DNA of 32,000 bases from Candidatus Saccharimonadota bacterium. Lineage in GTDB: Bacteria; Bacteroidota; Bacteroidia; Cytophagales; Amoebophilaceae. The translations under genes and the position numbers were made by a program. Numbering within the stretch: position 1 is the stretch's first letter; the number at the start of each line of letters is the position of its first letter. Positions 8,577 to 20,777 of this stretch are shown here, piece by piece. The stretch spans positions 60,001-92,000 of the forward strand of contig NZ_OZ239769.1 of assembly GCF_965196625.1 (NCBI RefSeq). Reading direction: 5' to 3'. The notes under the pieces are model-generated. The model made no database searches. It saw only the letters and a list, made by a program, of their open reading frames with translations, and was not told the origin of the DNA.

Positions 8577-9950
8577 TTACGCAAGTCTCTCAGGATACTT
8601 GATCATGCCACTATCAATGTAAAACATGCCCATTGTGTAGAGTTTGCTATTGGGATATCTTTTCCACCCAAAACCTCGGCCTTTGCTTCTATGGGTCAAG
8701 TATCTGCGAAATCGGTTATTGATAAAGCTCTGCAATTTCCGAAAAGCTTCACTGGCATTCGTATGTTTAAAATAGTTTACCCATCCTAATACTACTGGTT
8801 TGATTTGCTCCGTGAATGCCACCGGTTTGATTGGTGCTCTCCTACAAGTCAAATATTTTAATCTGTTACGAATATTTTGCTGGGATCGTTTTGATGGAGA
8901 CACATAGATGGTATTTCTTCCACTTATTCGACTTTGTCTTTTTACAAAGTTAAAACCTATGAAGTTAAACCCTTCTGTTAGTTTCGTTATATGTGTCTTT
9001 TGGTGGTTAATAGTGAGCGATAATCTCTTGGCTAATTCTGTGAATCTTTCCAGCGCTAACTTGGCACTCTTGCGACATACTAGAATTACATCATCACAAT
9101 ATCTGTGTAAGGTTGCGTTTAGTTTTTCTGGATAGCTCCTTGAATGCCATACTTGGTCTATAACATTTAGGTATATATTACTATACAATGGTGAAACCGG
9201 AGAACCCTGAGGAACACCAACTTTCTTCTTGCTTATAGCTTTACCGTGTATAACCACTGAGGTCGTGAGAGTTTGCTTGATTATATGCAACATACTGCCA
9301 TCTGCTATTCTTTTACTAATCAGTTTTAATAACTTTTCGTGTGGAATACTTGTGAAGTATGATTGAAAATCTATCTCAACTACTCCCCATGCCTGCTGGT
9401 ATAGATCGTCATGGATGGCCATACTTGCTTGTTTGGCGCCTCGTTTCGGTCTATAGCCGTATGAACATTCATGAAAATCAGCTTCGAAGATCGGTTCAAT
9501 GACTATTTTAATGGCTGTCAGCACTATGCGGTCTTCTATGGTCGTTATCTCTAGGGGGCGTGTGCCGCCTTTGGGTTTAGGTATTTCTACCAACCTGCTT
9601 GAGCTAAACTTATATAGCTTGGCGCATAATTGCTTTTGCAATTTATTGATAATCAATTCTTCACCTGCTTCTATTATATCATTTATGCTTTTACCATCAA
9701 TCCCTGCTGAACCCTGGTTCGACTTGACTTGACGCCATGCCTCCCAAAGTACATCTGATCGATATATTTTATCGTATAGACTATAAAATCTGACTTCCTT
9801 ACTTTGCTTGGATTTAAGATATAGAGTTCTTTGGAGTTGCCGAACTTTTTGTGTTCCGTTCATAGCGTTTTTGCAATCAGACATTCTCAACTCTTTTAAA
9901 CTCGTTAACTGAAGTAGGGTCCCTTCCCTCTTGACTGGTTTCTCAATCAA
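8577..9950 (-). CDS. Group II intron reverse transcriptase/maturase (no HNH endonuclease domain)
   Basis: 457 aa. It has RT motifs SYGYRPKRGAKQA, VEIDFQSYFTSIPH, GVPQGSPVSPLYSNIYL and RYCDDVILVC (YxDD). The maturase X motif is LGWVNYFKH. The C-terminus ends without Cys/His HNH motifs. Confidence 0.93.
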   Translation of the reverse strand: MIEKPVKREGTLLQLTSLKELRMSDCKNAMNGTQKVRQLQRTLYLKSKQSKEVRFYSLYDKIYRSDVLWEAWRQVKSNQGSAGIDGKSINDIIEAGEELIINKLQKQLCAKLYKFSSSRLVEIPKPKGGTRPLEITTIEDRIVLTAIKIVIEPIFEADFHECSYGYRPKRGAKQASMAIHDDLYQQAWGVVEIDFQSYFTSIPHEKLLKLISKRIADGSMLHIIKQTLTTSVVIHGKAISKKKVGVPQGSPVSPLYSNIYLNVIDQVWHSRSYPEKLNATLHRYCDDVILVCRKSAKLALERFTELAKRLSLTINHQKTHITKLTEGFNFIGFNFVKRQSRISGRNTIYVSPSKRSQQNIRNRLKYLTCRRAPIKPVAFTEQIKPVVLGWVNYFKHTNASEAFRKLQSFINNRFRRYLTHRSKGRGFGWKRYPNSKLYTMGMFYIDSGMIKYPERLA

Positions 9951-10385
9951 TACTAACGGTACTATAAACCCCGCGGACTTCTGATATGACCCCTATTGAC
10001 TTCGCTTTACTTATACAATAAAGTTTCCAGTGGCCTACTGGATTCATATCAGATCTCCCGACCTACGATGTGATACATTCATAGCGTGCAACCCCTATCA
10101 CCCCGGCACTTGTAAGATGGATATGATCTATTTTTTTTTCCATCCTACTATCAGCCTTCCTGCTCTGACTAGGCAGTCGGCAAGTGCTCTTTAATTATTA
10201 ACGAGGCTAATTTGGGTTCACTTTTGTTGCAGCCCGCTATTTTGCAGATTATTAAAGGTAACTTAGGCCTGTAAGTCGCCTCACAAACCCAACCTCCTGC
10301 TAGACTCTCGAAATAGACAAATTAGAGTCTGGGGACTTTCACCCCATTTGTTTCACACCTGTACCGGCGTGCAATCAGATAAAAA

Positions 10386-11771
10386 ATGAAAAAATCAACT
10401 ATTTATTATAGCACTATTTTGTGCATAAGCATGCTTATGACATTAATCGGATGCAGTTACCATGGAGCAAATAAGATAGGGAATCAAAAAGGCTGTTCAT
10501 GTAAAAGTGAGAATGAGCATCAAAAACAACAAAATAATTCATTATCTAGTTTAAACTTACATAAGTTTACTACTACTCCTGCTATTTTCGGGACTATAGA
10601 TAAGTATAAAGTTCATATAAAAAACTGTCTTAAACATATCGAGAAAAATAGATCTATTTTTAATAATGTTAATCAGGCTGTTTCATGTTATATTCAGTCC
10701 TTAGAAAGTAACCGAGAGGAATCCAATAGTAACGCACTGCATAACCTAGCTATGATTGATGATTCTAGTGTATCAGCAAATCATAAGGATCCAAACTTCA
10801 CTTGTTTGCGTAGTTTAATAGGCATGGAGCAATCTCTATCTACTGAAATAAAAAAAATTGAGGAAAATCTATCTATAGAAAATTCTCCTGATATGATTGA
10901 ATTATTTTCAAAAATAATACAACAAGAAGATACCAATAGCAAACTGACAAACATATTACCCAGCATACTGCTTAACTGCTGTAATAATAAATCAAATAAA
11001 GTATATATGAAGGAGACAAATCCATTGTCATTGTATGGTAAAGATAATGACAATCTATTGCTAAATGAGATCGACACCTTTATTTTATATCGTTTTTTTA
11101 ATTATTTTAATATCCTAATAAGGTATGCATTTAATAAATGTATTCTCCAAGGAGGAATTAATACAAACGAAGCGCAGAAACAACATGACCAGGTACTCAG
11201 ATTAATGAAAAGCACTTATAGTGCTAAATCTATAAACAACTATAGAACGCAAGTAGTCAGTCTATTCAAAACAGCAGCGAATGATACGCCTAAAAAGGGT
11301 ACGGAACCTACTGATAACGACATCAGTACTATTAAGAAGCTAAGCAAAGACTCCTTCAAATACATAGATGATACAATAGAGAAGGCTATTCCTCCAATTC
11401 AATATGTCAATGCTTCTTCTCGATGGCTAAAAGATGAAATAACTCAAATTATTAACATGTTCCATAATATTGTTTCTATTTATATTATATTTGAGGTATT
11501 ATTAGATTTTTCTACCATTGCAGCACTCAATAGAATTGACCTTAAAGCTTGGAGGGAAATGTATAATCTGCAACCTGTGGATATAACCCCATTACCTGCT
11601 TTTACAAAGGTAACGCTACAACAATATAAAATTGATCTCATTAAGTTTATGTTACTTAACGATAGTCATACTAAAAATATAATTGATGAGTGTACTGAGA
11701 GATATATTAACGTTATTAGATATATAGTTGGACAAACTACACTATCCACATTACGCCGCGCATCGCATTGA
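10386..11771 (+). CDS. Hypothetical lipoprotein, Asn/Ser/Ile-rich, no recognisable domain
   Basis: 461-aa ORF. The leader MKKSTIYYSTILCISMLMTLIGCSY carries the lipobox LIGC. I recognise no family. Confidence 0.65.
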   Translation: MKKSTIYYSTILCISMLMTLIGCSYHGANKIGNQKGCSCKSENEHQKQQNNSLSSLNLHKFTTTPAIFGTIDKYKVHIKNCLKHIEKNRSIFNNVNQAVSCYIQSLESNREESNSNALHNLAMIDDSSVSANHKDPNFTCLRSLIGMEQSLSTEIKKIEENLSIENSPDMIELFSKIIQQEDTNSKLTNILPSILLNCCNNKSNKVYMKETNPLSLYGKDNDNLLLNEIDTFILYRFFNYFNILIRYAFNKCILQGGINTNEAQKQHDQVLRLMKSTYSAKSINNYRTQVVSLFKTAANDTPKKGTEPTDNDISTIKKLSKDSFKYIDDTIEKAIPPIQYVNASSRWLKDEITQIINMFHNIVSIYIIFEVLLDFSTIAALNRIDLKAWREMYNLQPVDITPLPAFTKVTLQQYKIDLIKFMLLNDSHTKNIIDECTERYINVIRYIVGQTTLSTLRRASH

Positions 11772-11788
11772 AAAATACATCAAAATGG

Positions 11789-11836
11789 TATTTTATTTGA
11801 CAGTAAATAAAATATACTCCTTAAGTTAACGCCATT
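11789..11836 (+). repeat. 48-nt dispersed repeat, copy 1 (direct repeat of 15666..15713; 42/48 identical)
   Basis: TATTTTATTTGACAGTAAATAAAATATACTCCTTAAGTTAACGCCATT versus TATTTTATTTGATAATCAATAAAATATACTACTTAAGTCGACGCCATT, aligned by hand. Confidence 0.8.
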
Positions 11837-12130
11837 GGATGAACGGCTACATTTAATTATTTTCTACTGATTTATAATGTTTTACAAAAATGATGATTTG
11901 TACAAAAAATGGTATATTTTCTTATTTTTAGTTATAGTGTAAAAATCTTTGCATTGAAAATCATTCATCTGAAAATTAATTATAAATTAAGCAATTTTCA
12001 TACTATACTCATAATCAACATTAAGTTTTGTACAGAATGTAGGTTAAAAACTTATTTTTCAATTCTAGGGCCATATATAAAAAAAGTGTCATGCAATGAT
12101 TAACACACTGCACGACACAAAAAAATAAAA

Positions 12131-12240
12131 GATGGCAACTACCTACTCTCCCGCGTTTTACCGAAGTACCATCGGCGCTGCTGGGCTTAACTGCTCTGTT
12201 CGGAATGGGAAGAGGTGCACACCAGCGCTTTCGTCACCTT
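12131..12240 (-). rRNA. rrf: 5S ribosomal RNA
   Basis: The reverse complement contains ...CCCAUUCCGAACAGAGCAGUUAAGCCCAGCAGCGCCGAUGGUACU...GGGAGAGUAGGUAGUUGCCAUC, the canonical 5S core. It is ~110 nt and lies ~100 nt downstream of the 23S 3-prime end. Confidence 0.9.
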
Positions 12241-12337
12241 TATTTTTAATCTTTTAATGGTCGGTTTTTACACCCACTATACAAACTACCTTAAGGTATT
12301 AATTGACTACTGTAAAAGCAAAATCAAGAAAAAAACA

Positions 12338-15230
<2,893 letters not shown>

Positions 15231-15580
15231 GCTCTTGAAATGGAAATATGCTGAATTCCTAAAAAGGAATCCGCCTACCCTATTTTGCTTTTACAATAAG
15301 TCAAAGAACATCTTTACGAAAATATAACGCAATTTAACTGAGGCTTTTACACCTTAACTTTGATGCTATCAAAGCTTTTTCATCTCTTTTGCACCGAATC
15401 ATAATACAAAGGTATGACTTTTTTTTTTAACCGCAAATATTTTTTCAAATAAATGATCGATTTATTTGCCCTGCTGATTTTTTAACTTTTCTCAATCTAC
15501 ACGCAATAGCGTCAACTGAAGGAAAATCTATTCTAGCACAGAGATGCAAATGGATCGATCGTTCGTATACCCCTCCGCCT

Positions 15581-15620
15581 ATGGCCGCCGATAAAAAACA
15601 AGTTTTTTATCGGCGGCCAT
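15581..15620. repeat. Perfect 19-bp inverted repeat with 2-nt spacer (ATGGCCGCCGATAAAAAAC aa GTTTTTTATCGGCGGCCAT); head of a dispersed repeat unit extending to ~15643
   Basis: Read directly. The right half plus ~23 downstream nt recurs at 24671..24713 (about 38/44 identical). Confidence 0.85.
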
Positions 15621-15665
15621 TAGAGCTTTAAATCAACGCAATGAGAACAACCGTCATTAAAATTA

Positions 15666-15713
15666 TATTTTATTTGATAATCAATAAAATATACTACTTA
15701 AGTCGACGCCATT
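15666..15713 (+). repeat. 48-nt dispersed repeat, copy 2 (see 11789..11836)
   Basis: Hand alignment, 42/48 identical, same orientation. The two copies bracket the 23S-5S block. Confidence 0.8.
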
Positions 15714-15862
15714 TAGTGAGCGCGTAAATATGGTAAACGGAAAAAAAACACCTTATATGTGTATAACATTTAACAAACTCAAAGTTTAGCCTTAAATTTA
15801 CTTTAGCCTTAAAGTTTACATTTAATAGATTTTGCCTATTAATTTAAAATCTCATATTTAAC

Positions 15863-16509
15863 ATGAAAAAGTCACTAGTAGCATTCACCTTTATTGGTTT
15901 ATTTACCCATAATATCTTGGCCAAACAATCTAGTCTTGCATCTGACATACAGGAATGTTGTGTTACACATCTAAATAGTGGCTCTATATATTGCTATATG
16001 GCCACACCAAATAAAGTGCTAGCACAAGGCGCACCTGGTTGTACTAAATGTAAAAATAAACACTTAATGGTAGCTCAATACCAGGTACAAACCTCTGAGA
16101 TTACAAGAACAATGACCGTAGCCTCCATTATGCTTTTACAGGAGCAAAAAGAAATTAAGTTTACATGACTCTATCTTGCCATATATACCAGCTGATTACT
16201 AGCCCAATAGCCAACCTCCCTCCTGGGCTAGTCAAGGCCACGATAGATCATCTATTAGCTAACACAAGTTGTATTGCTTCTTATAGGCATGAGAATAGGT
16301 ATTGCTTTGATTTGGATAAATCAATCGATGAGGAAACTTTTAAAAAAAAGGTTTTGCACCATGCAGCAGAACAGCCTATTTTTTATGGTGAAGTAGGCGG
16401 CATGTATAGCCGTTCTGAAACCAATTATTTTATCCTTGGTATGATCGAGGCATTCGATTTATTAAATAGTTCTAGGCTTGTAGATAAAATCATAGGAGTA
16501 GGACAATAA
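15863..16509 (+). pseudogene. Beta-lactamase-family serine hydrolase relic (two overlapping ORFs 15863..16168 and 16165..16509; truncated, active-site motif lost)
   Basis: A signal peptide MKKSLVAFTFIGLFTHNILA is present. QTSEITRTMTVASIMLLQEQKEI sits where the SxxK helix (..SvTKtfta..l.L.e.G.l) is expected, and the Lys is missing. The second ORF has ATIDHLLANTSCI (compare TirhLLtHtSGl) and MYSRSETNYFILGMIIE-type YSN-like block (FYGEVGGMYSRSETNYFILGMIEAF). The total of ~215 aa is far shorter than the family norm. Confidence 0.5.
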
Positions 16510-16518
16510 ACCACACCC

Positions 16519-17313
16519 ATGGAACCATATTTAACATTATTACAACATATTTTAACAGAGGGGGGTGACAAAAGGGATAGAACCGGAACAGGCACCAAAA
16601 GTATTTTTGGCTACCAAATGCGGTTTAACTTAGCCGACGGTTTTCCATTGCTGACTACTAAAAAAGTCCACCTGCGTTCTATTATTCATGAACTACTCTG
16701 GTTTTTAAGTGGGGATACCAATGTAGCTTATCTACAGCAACAGGGTGTTACCATATGGTATGAATGGGCCACTAAAGAGGGGGAACTAGGACCTGTTTAT
16801 GGCCACCAATGGAGAAGCTGGCCTACCGCAACAGGGAAAAAAATTGATCAAATAAGCGCCATAGTCCAGGAAATAAAAGAGAACCCTGACTCCCGTAGGC
16901 TATTGGTAAGTGCATGGAATGTGGGTGAAATCCCTAAAATGGCTTTGCCGCCTTGTCATGCTTTTTTTCAATTTTACATCGCAAATGGAAAACTCTCTTG
17001 TCAACTTTACCAACGTAGCGCGGATGTTTTCTTGGGCGTTCCTTTTAACATTGCCTCTTACGCATTATTGACCATGATGGTAGCGCAAGTCTGCGCGCTA
17101 AAACCTGGTACACTTATTCATACCTTGGGTGATGCCCATCTATACCATAATCACCTAGAACAAGCAAATTTGCAACTGAAACGTACCCCTTATGCATTGC
17201 CTACTATGCAACTCCGAGAAACCGTAACCGATTTGTTTGATTTTGTTTATGAAGATTTTACACTACTGGGTTATATGCACCATCCCGCTATTAAAGCAGC
17301 TATTGCTGTATAG
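16519..17313 (+). CDS. thyA: Thymidylate synthase
   Basis: 264 aa, collinear with E. coli ThyA: [64 protein letters not shown], and DAHLY.NH. Confidence 0.97.
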   Translation: MEPYLTLLQHILTEGGDKRDRTGTGTKSIFGYQMRFNLADGFPLLTTKKVHLRSIIHELLWFLSGDTNVAYLQQQGVTIWYEWATKEGELGPVYGHQWRSWPTATGKKIDQISAIVQEIKENPDSRRLLVSAWNVGEIPKMALPPCHAFFQFYIANGKLSCQLYQRSADVFLGVPFNIASYALLTMMVAQVCALKPGTLIHTLGDAHLYHNHLEQANLQLKRTPYALPTMQLRETVTDLFDFVYEDFTLLGYMHHPAIKAAIAV

Positions 17314-17404
17314 ATATACGATTAATAAAAATATATAATACCGTATAAGGTACAATTATATTAATGCGTTCTGAGTTGGAGGCTGGTAAAGCATAGTTTA
17401 TTTT

Positions 17405-18268
17405 ATGACTGAACCAGGTGAGTGCACATGGGGTCTATACCCTATAAAAATTTGCACAATTAAATTAAATGAAAATATTATGATGTTGATAATAAGGAAG
17501 GTTAGGTGGCTGTTATATACAGGTGTTATTATGCTATTAGTTGCCAACCCAAAGGCATGTGAAAAACCGGCTTATGAAAAACCGGCTTGTCACTTACCAC
17601 AAGACTTTGTATATGTAAAAGATATTAATCCCAGTATTATTGAGTCACTGAGATATTACTCGAAAGAGAACTTTATTGGCATACAAATAGATGGCTATAA
17701 GGCCAATAGGGTTATTTTAACCAAACAAGCAGCTGAAGCATTGTCGAATGTGCAACAAGAATTATTAAAGCAAGGTTATTCGCTTGTAGTTTATGATGCG
17801 TATCGTCCTCAAAGAGCAGTAGATATGTTTATAACATGGAGCCAGGACCTAAATGATCAAGTAGAAAAATCTAAATATTACCCTAGAGTTGATAAATCTG
17901 AGGTATTTCAACTGGGATATGTTACTAAAAAATCAGGGCATACCCGTGGAAGTACTGTTGACCTAACAATAATAAAACTCAATAGTGTACCCCACGAAGT
18001 TCAAATAGAAAAACGATATTTAACTGATGGTTCACAGATATTGTTCCTAAATGATGGCACAATAGATATGGGGTCAAGCTTTGATCTGTTCGATGAAGCC
18101 TCACACCATGATACTGCTCTAGTAAAGCCAGAATTTTTAAAAATGAGAGATTATCTTAGAGAGATAATGAAAAAAAATGGATTTTATGAGTATAAAAAAG
18201 AATGGTGGCATTATACTTTAAAAGATGAGCCTTTTCCAAATACTTACTTTGACTTTGATGTAGAGTAA
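17405..18268 (+). CDS. ddpX: D-alanyl-D-alanine dipeptidase (VanX/DdpX, peptidase M15D); the true start is probably an internal Met (~17477)
   Basis: Motifs: VVYDAYRPQRAVDMF, SGHTRGSTVDLTI (zinc ligands His/Asp), and EWWHYTL. A hydrophobic leader MMLIIRKVRWLLYTGVIMLLVANPKAC suggests export. Confidence 0.88.
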   Translation: MTEPGECTWGLYPIKICTIKLNENIMMLIIRKVRWLLYTGVIMLLVANPKACEKPAYEKPACHLPQDFVYVKDINPSIIESLRYYSKENFIGIQIDGYKANRVILTKQAAEALSNVQQELLKQGYSLVVYDAYRPQRAVDMFITWSQDLNDQVEKSKYYPRVDKSEVFQLGYVTKKSGHTRGSTVDLTIIKLNSVPHEVQIEKRYLTDGSQILFLNDGTIDMGSSFDLFDEASHHDTALVKPEFLKMRDYLREIMKKNGFYEYKKEWWHYTLKDEPFPNTYFDFDVE

Positions 18269-18854
18269 AAAAATAGCACCAGTTCAAAGATTGTGGCATA
18301 AGTAACAATCATTTTATTTGTTTTTACCTGGTATTCACTTAGATCAGTAATAAAAAAGAAACTTATATATCATACTTTTTGATCAAGCAAAATAGCATGC
18401 AATGATCAATAGCCTTCTAAGATATGTCTTTAAAACGATTTGCTTGTTGAACGGATAAAAGTCTTCTGCTATAGCATCAAATCTAAGTGTATATTGTCTG
18501 ACTATCTTTCATTGACAGCATTATTGAATTTGTTTAAACAGGTCATCATCTAGCTTTTTATATGTTTGGACTTTAGGCTTTGGTTGTAGCAATAAATAAT
18601 GTGCAGCCAGCATCACTAAGCCATTAGTGAGTATAGAAACAAAGGTACCACTGGTTGCGCCCACTATAAGGCTCATCCATTTGTCCCAAGCTAATAGGGT
18701 GAGTAAAGCTGAAGCCATACCCAGCAAAGCAGTACGAGAAATACTACGAAACCCTAAAACAGCTTATGCAAAGGACTACTCCCAAACGGATAAATTTATT
18801 GCATACCACATGGATATCTTACAAAAGATAATGATCATTATTCAATAATATTAA

Positions 18855-19377
18855 AAAAATCCAAAAATTCTAGGGATTGAGTGTATTGCTTCAGTAGTTG
18901 CCGCAGTGGGCACCATAGAGGCAGGTAGTTTGAACTATTTGGTGCAACTGGCTGAATTATGCATCAGAAAACATCCACGTCGCATCATATACATTAGCCC
19001 TATGGTAACGTATGCGATTACATTTTTAGGTGGTACCAACCACATCGCTTACTCCATTCTTCCTGTTATTGCAGAAGTGTCTAAAGAAGTGGGCATTCGT
19101 CCGGAACCTCCCTTTAGCCCTTTCTGTTATTGCAGCTTTGCACGGTGCGCTTGCCAGTCCTATTTCCTCTATAATGGTTATTTTAAGCGGATTTGGAATA
19201 GAAATGATCACCATTTTTAAAATTACAATTTCCGCAACGACTGCGATGGGTATATATTCTTTAAATAATCTAATATACTTTATATTTCCGTTCTCAAATT
19301 CTACACTTGAAAAGGTAAATAATAAAAAGAAAGCAGACAGTATAAGAATAATACGCATAATTGTCTATGTTAATTAA
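18855..19377 (+). pseudogene. Anaerobic C4-dicarboxylate transporter (DcuA/DcuB family) relic: N- and C-terminally truncated and frameshifted near ~19100
   Basis: GSLNYLVQLAELCIRKHPRRIIYISPMVTYAITFLGGTNHIAYSILPVIAEVSKEVGIRPEPP is collinear with E. coli DcuA GGLDYLVHQTEKLLRRNPKYITILAPIVTYFLTIFAGTGNISLATLPVIAEVAKEQGVKPCRP. The continuation PLALSVIAALHGALASPISS (compare PLSTAVVSAQIAITASPISA) is in another frame. Only ~150 of ~430 residues are represented. Confidence 0.7.
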
Positions 19378-19464
19378 GTTAAAGAGGCATAAGATAAAAA
19401 ATAATATAATTGATGCCTTAGCATATGCCTATGCAAACCATTTCTTCAAAATGGTCCCAAATCT

Positions 19465-19968
19465 ATGCAAGTACAACAAGATAGTCCTATCATCTACTAT
19501 ACCTACATCACAACCCGAATGGGTAAAATATTATTAACCGCTAGCAATGGTAAATTAATTGGGCTTCATATCAAAGGACAAAAGCATTTTCCCGTTATAC
19601 AACACTATTGGCAACACAACGAGCATAGAGCGGTCTTTAGTGATACTAAACTACAGCTAGCAGCATACTTTTCTTCAAAAAGACCTTATTTTAGTATTGA
19701 TTACGCATTACATGGGACAGATTTCCAGAAAAATATATGGAAAAGCTTAGTAAGGATTCCCTATGGAGAGGTATGGAGCTACAAAGCATTGGCAGCTTTA
19801 ACGCCTTATCCCAATGCGGTTAGAGCAGTCGCTTCAGCTATTGGTAAAAATCCTTTATCTATTGTGCTTCCTTGCCATAGAGTAATTAGAAGTGATGGGT
19901 CATTAGGGGGATATGCTGGGGGGATTGCTATAAAAAAAGAGCTGCTGAGATTAGAGGGCATGCGATAA
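19465..19968 (+). CDS. ogt: Methylated-DNA--protein-cysteine methyltransferase
   Basis: 167 aa. It has the active site IVLPCHRVIRSDGSLGGYAGG (PCHRV) and the preceding helix-turn-helix IPYGEVWSYKALA. Confidence 0.9.
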   Translation: MQVQQDSPIIYYTYITTRMGKILLTASNGKLIGLHIKGQKHFPVIQHYWQHNEHRAVFSDTKLQLAAYFSSKRPYFSIDYALHGTDFQKNIWKSLVRIPYGEVWSYKALAALTPYPNAVRAVASAIGKNPLSIVLPCHRVIRSDGSLGGYAGGIAIKKELLRLEGMR

Positions 19969-20063
19969 GGTATGCCCAGTTTCTAATAAAACCATCTATC
20001 TTGCATAGATTACGCTTATACATCCCTACATAAAAGGAAGAGAATATGGCATTTAAAAAACGT

Positions 20064-20095
20064 CTAAGAAGCTGTAAGCAAATGCAGCTTCTTAG
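20064..20095 (+). terminator. Strong intergenic hairpin (11-13 bp stem) ~95 nt downstream of ogt; no clear U-tract
   Basis: CTAAGAAGCTG-taagcaaatg-CAGCTTCTTAG, read directly. The terminator function is uncertain because the 3-prime flank is not T-rich. Confidence 0.3.
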
Positions 20096-20247
20096 TATCT
20101 GCTTAGCACTAGGATATCAAATAGGTTTTTATAACCATTAAGCCCCCCTACCATTCGGCTATCTTGCTTTGGATAATTATTTTAGTATCTTAATTGTATA
20201 GAGATGGCAGATAAAGTTTACGTTATAACCCTTGGCACAACATAGAG

Positions 20248-20763
20248 ATGAAAATTGGTTTGCTTTCAGACACCCATGGATGGTTGGACCCTAAAATTTT
20301 TGATCATTTTGAAAAATGTGACGAGGTATGGCATGCAGGAGACATTGGCGACCCAGAATTACTGACTGCATTCGATCGTTTTAAACATTTTAGAGCAGTA
20401 TCTGGCAATATTGATGACCACACAACAAGAGAAAAATACCCTGTTTTTCATGCATTCGAATGTGAACAATTGCATATATGGCTGACACATATAACCGGTT
20501 ATCCGCCTTTATATACGCCAGAAATAGGCATCAAGTTGAGCCAAAAACAGCCTGATATTTTGGTTGGTGGCCACTCACATATTTTACGGGTGATGCATGA
20601 CATAAAACGTCCGCCGCTGCTCTACCTTAACCCTGGTGCTGCTGGACGCCATGGTGCCCATCACATGCGTACGCTATTGCGTTTTGAGATCAACGAGAAA
20701 AAGATTCACAATATAGAGGTTATAGAACTGGGGCCCAGGGCAACCTTAGCAGCAAGCCTCTAA
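20248..20763 (+). CDS. YfcE/MJ0936-family metallophosphoesterase
   Basis: MKIGLLSDTHG (motif I), VWHAGDIG (motif II), GNID (motif III) and GGHSHI (motif V). 171 aa is typical for this family. Confidence 0.85.
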   Translation: MKIGLLSDTHGWLDPKIFDHFEKCDEVWHAGDIGDPELLTAFDRFKHFRAVSGNIDDHTTREKYPVFHAFECEQLHIWLTHITGYPPLYTPEIGIKLSQKQPDILVGGHSHILRVMHDIKRPPLLYLNPGAAGRHGAHHMRTLLRFEINEKKIHNIEVIELGPRATLAASL

Positions 20764-20777
20764 TAAGCTAATGGATT

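Larger units (their letters stand above)
8470..10374 (-). mobile_element. Group II intron (IIC-like), ~1.9 kb, both ends approximate
   Basis: The RT/maturase ORF is flanked by structured RNA. On the minus strand, domain V is at 8521-8553. The 5-prime region ...CGCCGGUACAGGUG...GGGGUGAAAGUCCCC at ~10310-10370 resembles the start of domain I of IIC introns. Non-ORF RNA totals ~0.5 kb. Confidence 0.8.

Noticed and set aside
8908-9732. Plus-strand ORFs 8908..9135 and 9499..9732
   Set aside because: They are antisense to the group II intron RT gene, which has all the canonical RT motifs.
10424-10439. Perfect 16-nt palindrome CATAAGCATGCTTATG as the terminator-like homing hairpin expected upstream of a IIC intron
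   Set aside because: It lies ~50 nt from the predicted intron 5-prime end, whereas IIC introns insert immediately after the hairpin or T-run. It also sits inside the signal-peptide coding region of the opposite-strand gene.
11909-12103. 64-aa ORF in the very AT-rich spacer next to the 5S gene
   Set aside because: Its composition (Ile/Lys/Phe/Asn) simply mirrors AT-rich DNA. It has no motif and no plausible context.
18521-18727. 68-aa hydrophobic minus-strand ORF (…LIVGATSGTFVSILTNGLVMLAAHYLL…), possibly the C-terminal relic of a membrane transporter
   Set aside because: The frame is open only ~15 codons further upstream, before an in-frame stop. I recognise no family, so I cannot tell a relic from chance.
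19026-19358. Minus-strand 110-aa ORF with a signal-like start (MRIILILSAFFLLFTFSS)
   Set aside because: It is antisense to the region that aligns residue-for-residue with DcuA on the plus strand, so it is most likely fortuitous.
20046-20141. 31-codon ORF MAFKKRLRSCKQMQLLSICLALGYQIGFYNH overlapping the strong hairpin
   Set aside because: It is too short to support, and most of its length is explained by the 20064-20095 hairpin.
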